A stretch of DNA of 62,525 bases, from IMG/VR virus record IMGVR_UViG_3300032224_000950, positions 1 to 62,525 of that record. One strand, written 5' to 3'. The stretch comes from a virus. Its lineage: Duplodnaviria > Caudoviricetes. The notes below the pieces were generated by a model. The model made no database searches. It saw only the letters and a list, made by a program, of their open reading frames with translations, and was not told the origin of the DNA. Positions 47,828-56,300 of this stretch are shown in pieces (within the stretch, counting starts at the first letter, position 1; every line of letters starts with the position of its first letter). The position numbers and the translations under genes are program-made.

Positions 47828-49015
47828 ATGTCACATTTAGATCCGATTATCGATAAAATTATCGTAGCCCGTGTGGGTCTACTACTTCGCCATCCATTTT
47901 TTGGTAACATGGCTACCCGTCTTAAAATTGAAGAAGGTAGCGATTGGTTGCCAACTGCCGCAACTGATGGACGTACTATCTTTTTTAATCGCGAATTTTT
48001 TACACCGCTTAGTATTAAACAAGTAGAATTTGTTATTGCACACGAAATTCTACATAACGTGTTTGATCATATGGGTCGACGTGAAGGGCGTGATGCTAAA
48101 ATTTTTAATATCGCCGCTGACTATTGTGTTAACGGGCAATTAGTACGTGACCATATTGGTGATCATCAAATTAAAGATATTAAAATTTTTCATGATCCAA
48201 AATACTACGGTATGGGTGCTGAAGAAATTTATGACAAGATTTATGATGAAATGGACGAAGAGCAATTAAATGCGCTCGGTCAATTGTTAGATGAACATAT
48301 CGATTGGGGTGATAAAGATTCCAATGGTAATCGCCCAAGCTATAGCAAAGAAGAATTAAAACAAATTCGCGATGAAATTCGCGAAGCTACACTACAGGCG
48401 GCACAGGCCGCAGGTGCCGGTAATACTCCTGCAAATATCCAACGCATGATTAAGGAACTTACAGAACCGAAAATGAATTGGCGTGAAATCATCCGTCAGC
48501 AAATTCAAAGTACTATTAAAGATGACTTTAGTTTTATGCGTCCTAATCGTAAAGGCTGGCATATGGGTGCTATTCTTCCAGGTACTAATTTTAAAGAAAC
48601 AATTGATATTTGTGTAGGCATCGACATGTCAGGTAGTATTGGCGATGAGCAAGCCAAAGATTTCCTAAGTGAGATTAAAGGTATTATGCAAGAGTATCAA
48701 GACTTTAATATTAAAGTTTGGTGCTTTGATACTCGTGTATACAATGAAGCAGACTTCAATGGCTACTCAATAGACGAGTTCGATGAATACGAACCAATAG
48801 GCGGTGGCGGAACTGAATTCGATGCTAACTGGGAATACATGAAGGAAAATGATATTCACCCTAAAAAGTTTATCATGTTTACTGACGGGTATCCTTGGGG
48901 TAGCTGGGGTGACGAAAACTACTGTGATACAGTATTCATCATCCACGGCAATGACAAAATTGTTCCACCATTTGGCGAGTACGCTTACTACGAAGAAGTC
49001 AAGGAACTGGCTTAA
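47828..49015 (+). CDS. Metallopeptidase-like (HExxH) plus VWA domain protein (DUF2201-like), MoxR partner
   Basis: TAATDG, AHEILH, MIDAS DMSGS, GGGT.F, FTDG; AGGAG RBS before ATG 47828. Confidence 0.85.
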   Translation: MSHLDPIIDKIIVARVGLLLRHPFFGNMATRLKIEEGSDWLPTAATDGRTIFFNREFFTPLSIKQVEFVIAHEILHNVFDHMGRREGRDAKIFNIAADYCVNGQLVRDHIGDHQIKDIKIFHDPKYYGMGAEEIYDKIYDEMDEEQLNALGQLLDEHIDWGDKDSNGNRPSYSKEELKQIRDEIREATLQAAQAAGAGNTPANIQRMIKELTEPKMNWREIIRQQIQSTIKDDFSFMRPNRKGWHMGAILPGTNFKETIDICVGIDMSGSIGDEQAKDFLSEIKGIMQEYQDFNIKVWCFDTRVYNEADFNGYSIDEFDEYEPIGGGGTEFDANWEYMKENDIHPKKFIMFTDGYPWGSWGDENYCDTVFIIHGNDKIVPPFGEYAYYEEVKELA

Positions 49016-49302
49016 TGGCTTTAAAAAATGGCAAACCTAATCCTTTAGATTATTTTGATCTACGCAGGGTTGAGTTTGCTTGCCCGCATTTTAAATATAC
49101 ATCCATTGAGCGATATAATCCCAATCTACTCAAATCCATCGACCTTTGGATACGTAAAAATTTAAATAATAGGTATTATGTTGGGCAGAGCATAACCTTA
49201 GATAACACAAATACATTTGTGTATACTACTTTAATAGGTTTTGAAAGTGAAAAAGAATTAAGTTTCTTCACGATTGCTTGCCCACTTTTACAAACCAGAT
49301 AA
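49015..49302 (+). CDS. Hypothetical protein
   Basis: Coupled ORF; IGFE..KEL.FF. Confidence 0.65.
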   Translation: MALKNGKPNPLDYFDLRRVEFACPHFKYTSIERYNPNLLKSIDLWIRKNLNNRYYVGQSITLDNTNTFVYTTLIGFESEKELSFFTIACPLLQTR

Positions 49303-49330
49303 TTAAATATGTACATATTAAGGAGATATT

Positions 49331-49579
49331 ATGTCAGAAGAACAACAACAAAGTACTGCAACTGCTGAACAACCAGCGGCGGCACCAGAACAAACAAATG
49401 ACTTATCTATTAATGACCTTCAAGCAATGAAAGTTATTATCGACATTGCAAGTTCACGCGGTGCTTTTAAACCAAACGAAATGGTTGCAGTAGGTCAAAC
49501 TTACACTAAACTTGAAGCATTTCTAGGCAATGTAGCAAAACAAGCAGACGCACAAAAAGCATCCGCACCAGGAGCATAA
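49331..49579 (+). CDS. Hypothetical protein
   Basis: TAAATA at 49304; AAGGAG RBS; IID.A..RGAFK..E motif. Confidence 0.75.
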   Translation: MSEEQQQSTATAEQPAAAPEQTNDLSINDLQAMKVIIDIASSRGAFKPNEMVAVGQTYTKLEAFLGNVAKQADAQKASAPGA

Positions 49580-49580
49580 T

Positions 49581-50213
49581 ATGGCCGATCTAAAACACGT
49601 TGGTAGAATTATTTCTACCAAGCAAAGAGTGTTAGTAGCATATAGAACACTACCAGGCGAGGCATCTTCATGCTTGGTTATTCCAACCGATAGCTTATCT
49701 GATTCATATCATAATTCTATCATCAATCTAGTAGAAGGTCAAGCATCACAGGATGCATATGAATTTGCCGAGGTTCTAATGCGTTCAACATTTACTGATG
49801 GCAATAATATGTTAAAGTGGTTACACTCATCTGGATTACTTCTTAAGATGGGCACAAGTTCTATTGAGCTTGTTCCAAACCCATCGACTACTATACAATT
49901 AAGTGAGCTTAATCAGATTATTGCAGAACAACGTGGTATCTCAGTTGATGATCTAGCTGTTAGACCCGATTCAGGATCAACACCGGAAAATCAAAAAGCA
50001 GAAAGTGTTATTGAAGAAAAGAAAAAAGCAAAATCTGAAGCTACTCCAAGTGCAACTTTTATCGAATCGACTGATGTAGTTGATCCAGGATCAAATGCAA
50101 CACCCGAAGCAACTGCAAAATTCTATCGTAGTCAAGCAGATAAACTAGCTAAAGAGGCGGCAGCATTCCGTCGTAAAGCTGAGGAGTTGGTTCCGACCAA
50201 AAAAGCTAAGTAA
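49581..50213 (+). CDS. Hypothetical protein
   Basis: AGGAG RBS; KHVGR N-terminus. Confidence 0.75.
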   Translation: MADLKHVGRIISTKQRVLVAYRTLPGEASSCLVIPTDSLSDSYHNSIINLVEGQASQDAYEFAEVLMRSTFTDGNNMLKWLHSSGLLLKMGTSSIELVPNPSTTIQLSELNQIIAEQRGISVDDLAVRPDSGSTPENQKAESVIEEKKKAKSEATPSATFIESTDVVDPGSNATPEATAKFYRSQADKLAKEAAAFRRKAEELVPTKKAK

Positions 50214-50533
50214 TGACCAAATCGGGAAAAATACTTCCCAAGGATGTCATTGCGTGTTGGCCGGAGGTATTTGGTGAGGTTGAACTTAATGTGATGCCTC
50301 TCAAATATTTACATACCGTCTTGGTCAATTTTAAAGATGGCAAAACTTGGGAAATAAAAATAACAGCTAAGACCAAGAAAGAAGGATGGGTCGCTTTTGA
50401 AAGAAACTTGTCAGAACTTATCAGAAATTACGAAGATAAAGTTGAAGATGTAGATTTCAAATTAGATACACCTAAAGTTCGTGAAGATATAGAAAAATCT
50501 ACTCAACGTTTTTTAAAGAAAAAGAAGTTATAA
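50213..50533 (+). CDS. Hypothetical protein
   Basis: Coupled ORF; WPEVF motif. Confidence 0.7.
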   Translation: MTKSGKILPKDVIACWPEVFGEVELNVMPLKYLHTVLVNFKDGKTWEIKITAKTKKEGWVAFERNLSELIRNYEDKVEDVDFKLDTPKVREDIEKSTQRFLKKKKL

Positions 50534-50536
50534 ATA

Positions 50537-51205
50537 ATGAATGTTCGACTACTCAGTTACTCCCAGCCTACACAGGAATTCTCAAATCTTGGTATCTCGG
50601 ATGCACAAGAACTCATTGCGTATTGCGCCCGTGTCAGCAATCCCTCCAATCAGCTCAACACAGACACATCCGAAAAACTCATCCGATACCTCATCAAACA
50701 CCAGCACTGGAGCCCACTCGAAATGGTCTCCGCCTGTATCGAAATTACCACAACAAGAGATATTGCACGACAGATCCTCAGACATCGTAGCTTTAGCTTT
50801 CAAGAATTCAGTCAGCGATATGCTGACCCTACTAAAGACTTGTCGTTTGTATTGCGAGAAGCACGACTCCAAGACACAACAAATAGACAGAACAGTATCT
50901 CTACAGGCGATACAGAGCTACAAGCATGGTGGGATGCCAAACAAAAGCTCATCATTGAACATAGTCGCTTAGTCTATCAAGAAGCTATCGAACGTGGTAT
51001 TGCAAAAGAACAGGCTCGTGCTGTACTACCCGAAGGACTTATCGAAAGTCGTTTGTATATGAATGGTACACTACGTAGTTGGATTCACTTTATTGAATTG
51101 CGTAGTGCTAATGGTACACAAAAAGAACACCAAGAAGTTGCTATTGCATGTGCTCAGGTGATAGCCGAGATCTTTCCAATGACCACTGATCTTGTAACCA
51201 GTTAA
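50537..51205 (+). CDS. thyX: Flavin-dependent thymidylate synthase
   Basis: HWSPLE, RHRSFSFQEFSQRY (RHRx7S), AR.VLP, LR......Q.E. Confidence 0.95.
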   Translation: MNVRLLSYSQPTQEFSNLGISDAQELIAYCARVSNPSNQLNTDTSEKLIRYLIKHQHWSPLEMVSACIEITTTRDIARQILRHRSFSFQEFSQRYADPTKDLSFVLREARLQDTTNRQNSISTGDTELQAWWDAKQKLIIEHSRLVYQEAIERGIAKEQARAVLPEGLIESRLYMNGTLRSWIHFIELRSANGTQKEHQEVAIACAQVIAEIFPMTTDLVTS

Positions 51206-51833
51206 AATCGTTTATCTTACACAATGCCTCTTTATTAGAGGCATTTTTTTCACCGTATACTCGACCTGCAAGTGCGCCCAAATAAGCATAAAATCCATAA
51301 GGGGCAGTATCAATTAATTTGCACCATACATCTAATCTCTCTAAAGATTCTCGGTTATTAATTACTACTAATTTACAACATTCTCTAAATGCACTACGCC
51401 ACGTGCTAAATGCATCTGTATTAAATGCTGTAATATTACTAACTGATTCCATTGCTTTAAATTTACTACTAATACTCATAGTCATGTCTGTTGTATTAGT
51501 ATCTATGTTTATAGTTAATTGTTTCGGTAACAGTTTCACTCCACCATATCCATAACTTAAACTGTTAATCGGATTGATACTACGCCATACATGAACTACA
51601 TCCAGATCCCATTCAGGTACACTGTAATCAAATTTAAAGTCATTAAGTATAACAGCATCACCGTCTACTACCCAAAACATTTTAGTAAATGATTTTTTGG
51701 CAGCGGCAATATGAGCTTGATGTATTCCCTTAACTCCGTGTACACGTTTAGCTAAAGGAAACCGTGCTTTTAAACTAGCAAAGTTATCATCTGCATCCGA
51801 CTCTTGGTAACTAATAAAGACTATATCATACAC
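51141..51833 (-). CDS. GT-A fold glycosyltransferase-like protein
   Basis: DIVFISY.E, FWVVDGD (DxD), YGYGGVKL, WRSAFRE; paralog of 51826..52719. Confidence 0.7.
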   Translation of the reverse strand: MYDIVFISYQESDADDNFASLKARFPLAKRVHGVKGIHQAHIAAAKKSFTKMFWVVDGDAVILNDFKFDYSVPEWDLDVVHVWRSINPINSLSYGYGGVKLLPKQLTINIDTNTTDMTMSISSKFKAMESVSNITAFNTDAFSTWRSAFRECCKLVVINNRESLERLDVWCKLIDTAPYGFYAYLGALAGRVYGEKNASNKEALCKINDFNWLQDQWSLERSRLSPEHMQ

Positions 51834-52719
51834 GTTTGCGAATTATCCTTGGGGTATTTTGATAAACAGTTTTAAAGAATTTACTACCTGCTGGGTCCAA
51901 ATTAGCGATTTCTAGTCCGCACTTATCTTTAAGTTCTTTAGCCAGAAAATTAATATGTGCTGTAGTATCTTCTGGATCTTTGCCATCATGCTGTCTTTTC
52001 CAATGATCGGTTAGATATTCAAAATCACGCACATTGGCATAATCCCAATCTGTACAATTAGTTAAATAGGCGCCTTCTCTAGCTCCTAGAATTGACCATA
52101 TACCGTTTTCAACATCTGTACCTACCGAGGACCAAATAAGCAATCTATGATAATTTTGCCACCAGATCGATTTAAGATCTTTTATCCTTGCACCTTGATC
52201 TAATGACATTTTTACACCTTCACGGAAGCCTGCTCTCCATGCTTGGAACGGTGTTGCATTAGTAAAGCTCTCTGAGTAATTTTCGTTAAACTGATAATAA
52301 CGATCATCAAAACAAAATTCTACTTTACCTTTTAAATCTGTAGGATCCGAGTTTTCATGAGTTCGCATTTCATTAACGAATTTGCGTGTCCATAATTTAA
52401 GGCCGCCATTGCCGTACATAAGTCCATTAACATGAACTCGACCGCACCAGCTGAAGACATTTTCGCTAGTTAGTCCGAGTGCGGATAAATCAATTTCTAC
52501 TTCTAAAAATTTAGGGTCAACAATATTGTCTGCATCTACAGTGACAAAATATTCTGTATCGCTTAATGCGGCGCATGCTTTGTGTGCGGCATCACTGCCT
52601 TTAATTCCGTGAATACGTTTAGCCCACGGTACTTTAGCACTTAAATCTGCATAATTTTTTTCTGCATTTGGTTCGTCATAACTTAGGAAAATAATATCCT
52701 GTTCTATAATTTTAATCAT
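51826..52719 (-). CDS. GT-A fold glycosyltransferase-like protein
   Basis: DIIFLSYDE, VTVDADN (DxD), YGNGGLKL, WRAGFREG. Confidence 0.7.
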   Translation of the reverse strand: MIKIIEQDIIFLSYDEPNAEKNYADLSAKVPWAKRIHGIKGSDAAHKACAALSDTEYFVTVDADNIVDPKFLEVEIDLSALGLTSENVFSWCGRVHVNGLMYGNGGLKLWTRKFVNEMRTHENSDPTDLKGKVEFCFDDRYYQFNENYSESFTNATPFQAWRAGFREGVKMSLDQGARIKDLKSIWWQNYHRLLIWSSVGTDVENGIWSILGAREGAYLTNCTDWDYANVRDFEYLTDHWKRQHDGKDPEDTTAHINFLAKELKDKCGLEIANLDPAGSKFFKTVYQNTPRIIRKRV

Positions 52720-53302
52720 TTATTTTTAATCCATAACTTTGAAATACTATCGTCGACGCTATTGAAATTTTATCTATATTTTTTTCTATCTGTGATTTAA
52801 ATGGTTTCTTTATATTATCAAATGTAACTAAATCTTGCATACTAATAAAAATAGTTCTAATTAAAAAATCAAAATCATTTGATAACATAACAAAAAATGG
52901 TAGTACATCAGATGTAACATTATCTTCTATACGTTTTTTACAGTTATCTGATAAGGAAAATATCCACCATTCATTTTCCTTATCCCACGTAACAACTAGC
53001 TCAGTATCTTTAGTCGGTATATCTGAAATCCATTCAAAAATGTTATTCTTAAAAGCGTAGCCTTTATCAGCTTTAGGAGCAAGTGCTAATACTGTTTTAT
53101 TATCAATGGTTCTAATATAACCTATGAGATAATCAGAAAATTTTTCGTGTCCATATAAAAATTTATCATGATCTTCTTGAGTTATTTCAATTCTATTATC
53201 ATATACATTACTAACTTCGTTTCCAATGGAATATATCTCACCAGTCTTTTTATCATAGTGAGCATAAAATTTAGACTGCACAAATTTAGGTTTACGAGCC
53301 AT
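52712..53302 (-). CDS. Hypothetical protein in the glycosyltransferase operon
   Basis: Overlaps both neighbours. Confidence 0.7.
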   Translation of the reverse strand: MARKPKFVQSKFYAHYDKKTGEIYSIGNEVSNVYDNRIEITQEDHDKFLYGHEKFSDYLIGYIRTIDNKTVLALAPKADKGYAFKNNIFEWISDIPTKDTELVVTWDKENEWWIFSLSDNCKKRIEDNVTSDVLPFFVMLSNDFDFLIRTIFISMQDLVTFDNIKKPFKSQIEKNIDKISIASTIVFQSYGLKIND

Positions 53303-54131
53303 TACATAAATCCTCTAATTTTGATAAGATTTTTTTAGAGATAAAGTTTTTTTCTACATAATGAAATAGCTTAGTTTGTTTGATATTACCAACAACTAGA
53401 TTTGCTTTTGAATTAAGTACAAATGGTACAGTATCTTGCCAGCTTACTGGAATAGGTGACCATCCTTGTACGGGAGTTTTCATATGGACAAAATCTAAAG
53501 GGCTACAATTATCTAATGCAATTTCATGCATTCCAGATATTTCAATAGCGATAGCAACTGCTAGATCCATACTTAACCAATTTTGATATTCGACTGGAGC
53601 AAACTGCGAGTAACACCATTCCCAATTATTACAAACAAATTCTAATACTTTATAAAATTCATGAGAGCTCGGTCTCTTTTTAAAATAATGTAAAGCGAAA
53701 TATGGGTTAGTTAATTTGTTTTCTATAAATGCTTTTCTGTGATATGTATCATTAACAGTTTCTAATTTGTAATTTTTAATCCTATTACAAAATTTAATAT
53801 CATAGTTACTACAATAATCCCACCATATACTAATATCATCTAATAATAGCATATCTGAATCTAACACAATAGTTTCTTCGTATGGACTTGCATGATATAA
53901 TTTCCAGCGATGCTCTCCTGCTAAACTTGAAGTAATGTCAGTAGTCCAAGGAATCGGAATAATTTGATCAAAAACTTTTTGATATTTTTTAGGAACTAAA
54001 TTATTAGTCATTAATGAAACTTTAGATACAGTTTTTTGGCTAATTACAATACTTAATGCTAACGCATATGCCTGTGTAATATAATCTACTGTATCAGTAT
54101 TTTGTGCAAATAATAAGAATCCTTTAGACAC
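53292..54131 (-). CDS. GT-A (GT8-like) glycosyltransferase
   Basis: GFLLFAQN..VDY...A..LA.SI; SPYEETIVLDSDML; FVHMK. Confidence 0.7.
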   Translation of the reverse strand: MSKGFLLFAQNTDTVDYITQAYALALSIVISQKTVSKVSLMTNNLVPKKYQKVFDQIIPIPWTTDITSSLAGEHRWKLYHASPYEETIVLDSDMLLLDDISIWWDYCSNYDIKFCNRIKNYKLETVNDTYHRKAFIENKLTNPYFALHYFKKRPSSHEFYKVLEFVCNNWEWCYSQFAPVEYQNWLSMDLAVAIAIEISGMHEIALDNCSPLDFVHMKTPVQGWSPIPVSWQDTVPFVLNSKANLVVGNIKQTKLFHYVEKNFISKKILSKLEDLCNGS

Positions 54132-54972
54132 CTAAACCTCCATCGATGTATCGACTAAGACTTAATTTATTCATTACATGCATATCAATTCCCGAAGTTT
54201 TTGATGCTATATACTCACCCGGATGATTTTGTTTTTCTAATAAAAAATGTAATTTATTATCATCTATTTTTATTAAAAAATCCTTGTCAGTAATGTATGA
54301 CATTGTTCCTGGAAGATCTATTGCAAATCCTCCCGCAGATTTTTCATTCATTATATGTATAGCTATGCTAAACGCAAAATCGTTTCTAAAAATATTATTT
54401 TCAATACTGTACAAGTTCCTAAAATATAACCAATTAGTTTTAATGTATGAAACTAAATTAAAAAAACTTTCCGTTATGGAATTTTTATTAAAGATAAAAA
54501 CAGTAGCCCAATAAAATGGAATACTGTATTGATTAATGCGTTTGAACTCACTAGTGTTTCTCCATCCGGCGAGGTCAAAACTATTTCGATATATTTGAAA
54601 ATCGTATTCATTATCTAATGCCGGAACTAATACATTTGAATTTATTAAGTAGTCGCTATCAATAACTAACGTCCTGTCATACGGTGTAAGATTATAAACA
54701 CTACTTCTAGTTTGATTCTTCCAATCTAGTCGTTGTGAAGATAACGTCCCATCATGAAAATATTTCTTTTGTATTGCTATATCAACCGGAATTTCAATAA
54801 TTTGATCAAACGGGTTATCAGGATACATTTTTTGTACCCAATCTTTAGAATCAGTAATTAAGCTAACTGGGATACTTAGATGTTGTTTAATTTTATTAGC
54901 AGAAAAAATTGCTAATTTAACATAGTCGATAGTATTGTTATTTTGAGCGAAAATTACAGAACCGATATTCAT
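54124..54972 (-). CDS. GT-A (GT8-like) glycosyltransferase, paralog of 53292..54131
   Basis: IFAQNN..IDY..LA; TPYDRTLVIDSDYL; RND.AF.IA; HVMNK. Confidence 0.7.
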   Translation of the reverse strand: MNIGSVIFAQNNNTIDYVKLAIFSANKIKQHLSIPVSLITDSKDWVQKMYPDNPFDQIIEIPVDIAIQKKYFHDGTLSSQRLDWKNQTRSSVYNLTPYDRTLVIDSDYLINSNVLVPALDNEYDFQIYRNSFDLAGWRNTSEFKRINQYSIPFYWATVFIFNKNSITESFFNLVSYIKTNWLYFRNLYSIENNIFRNDFAFSIAIHIMNEKSAGGFAIDLPGTMSYITDKDFLIKIDDNKLHFLLEKQNHPGEYIASKTSGIDMHVMNKLSLSRYIDGGLGV

Positions 54973-55319
54973 AGCTCAACTATATCTGAAATTTTTCTTT
55001 TGCTTTTTAGCTCTGTGAATTTAACAGAGTAATCATTTGTTGCTTCGAAATACTTTGATGTTATCTCATCAAAAAACTTTTGAACGTCATTTATTGTTAC
55101 AGGAAAACTGTTGGTATCTAAAAAAGCAACATCGTCCACGTGTCCTAAGTCTAAAACAGTTTTTACAAAATTAATTAATTCTGGAGTTATTTTAAATGTG
55201 GCTCCATTAATATAATACATTAATTTTTGATTGTATTCTTCTAATATTATTCTGCGTTGATTTGATAGTGTAGCCATATAATTGGCTACTGCAAACGCCT
55301 TTTCAATCTTTTCGTCCAT
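54969..55319 (-). CDS. Hypothetical protein, first gene of the GT operon
   Basis: GGAG RBS; own sigma70 promoter. Confidence 0.75.
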   Translation of the reverse strand: MDEKIEKAFAVANYMATLSNQRRIILEEYNQKLMYYINGATFKITPELINFVKTVLDLGHVDDVAFLDTNSFPVTINDVQKFFDEITSKYFEATNDYSVKFTELKSKRKISDIVEL

Positions 55320-55339
55320 AGATAACTCCGTAATGTATT

Positions 55340-55368
55340 ATGATACACTACAGTAGTTATCTTGTCAA
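55340..55368 (-). promoter_or_regulatory. Sigma70 promoter of the GT operon, embedded in an 18-bp hairpin that covers the SD
   Basis: - strand TTGACA(55368-55363)-17 bp-TATCAT(55345-55340); hairpin 55321-55361. Confidence 0.75.
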
Positions 55369-55380
55369 CTAGTTAGGGGA

Positions 55381-56268
55381 TTAAGGTCCTGAAGAACTTG
55401 CAGTAGGTGCTGTAATTGAAACATTTGCACCGGATGGTCGGTAACCTTGAACTAGACTTGTAAGAGTACCAGTTATATCCTCATCAACACCAAACCCGCC
55501 TGGGGCTGATTGATCTTGAAATTGTATGCTAAATGTGACCACTGAACCAGTACCGTTTACATTAGCATAAATGTCATATTGATTTGGACTGTATGTGGGC
55601 TGTTCAGTTAATTTTTGGAATATTAATTGTGCGCTAGTTGTTAATTGCTGGTAACCAATCGCCGTAGTTGTTACCCCAGTTCCGCTACCCGTATTAGTTG
55701 TACCGTTATATGTCATCTTAACAGTCCCCATGTTATTCAACATGGTTTGCCAACTGTTATTTTTTAAATTACTAGTATCAGGTGCTTCACTTCCTGATAT
55801 TTGTATATTTCCGCCAGCATTAAAAAATGATCTAGCAGTATTAGCATCAGCAAATGTTAGAATAACTGTATGTGTAATAGTTCCGTTCCAGGCTGCTGTT
55901 CGAGTGCCTGTAGCATAAGTTTCCAATGTAGCTTGACCAGACGGTGGTGTAACTAATCTGTTTGTATCAATGGTATTAACATATGTTTGATATGCCGCTC
56001 TGTCACTTTCTTTAATAGTAGTACTAGTAGTAGGATATGTTAAATTACCAGTTTCGTTTGCACCTGTTTGATGTCCTCGAGCAGAGATCAAATCAGTGTA
56101 TAAATTTTGCCATTGCACAGCGGTAATTTTTTGATTTACTGATACTTGGCTACTTAGAACAGTTTGATTGTAGCCGTAGGTACCAGAACCTACACCTAAA
56201 ACTTGTGAAATTTTAGATTGTATGTTATTATAATCTAATGCTAATATATTAGTTCCTACGCCTGCCAT
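55381..56268 (-). CDS. Virion structural (tail) protein
   Basis: T/G/S-rich; GYNQ...W..L..D and FFNAGG motifs; TAAATA at 56296-56291. Confidence 0.65.
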   Translation of the reverse strand: MAGVGTNILALDYNNIQSKISQVLGVGSGTYGYNQTVLSSQVSVNQKITAVQWQNLYTDLISARGHQTGANETGNLTYPTTSTTIKESDRAAYQTYVNTIDTNRLVTPPSGQATLETYATGTRTAAWNGTITHTVILTFADANTARSFFNAGGNIQISGSEAPDTSNLKNNSWQTMLNNMGTVKMTYNGTTNTGSGTGVTTTAIGYQQLTTSAQLIFQKLTEQPTYSPNQYDIYANVNGTGSVVTFSIQFQDQSAPGGFGVDEDITGTLTSLVQGYRPSGANVSITAPTASSSGP

Positions 56269-56300
56269 TCTGTGTCCTTTTCTAGTTGTCTATTTATTTT

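Noticed and set aside
50529-50536. Perfect T4 late box TATAAATA before thyX
   Set aside because: Abuts the ATG, so the start site would fall inside the gene; probably chance at a stop/start junction
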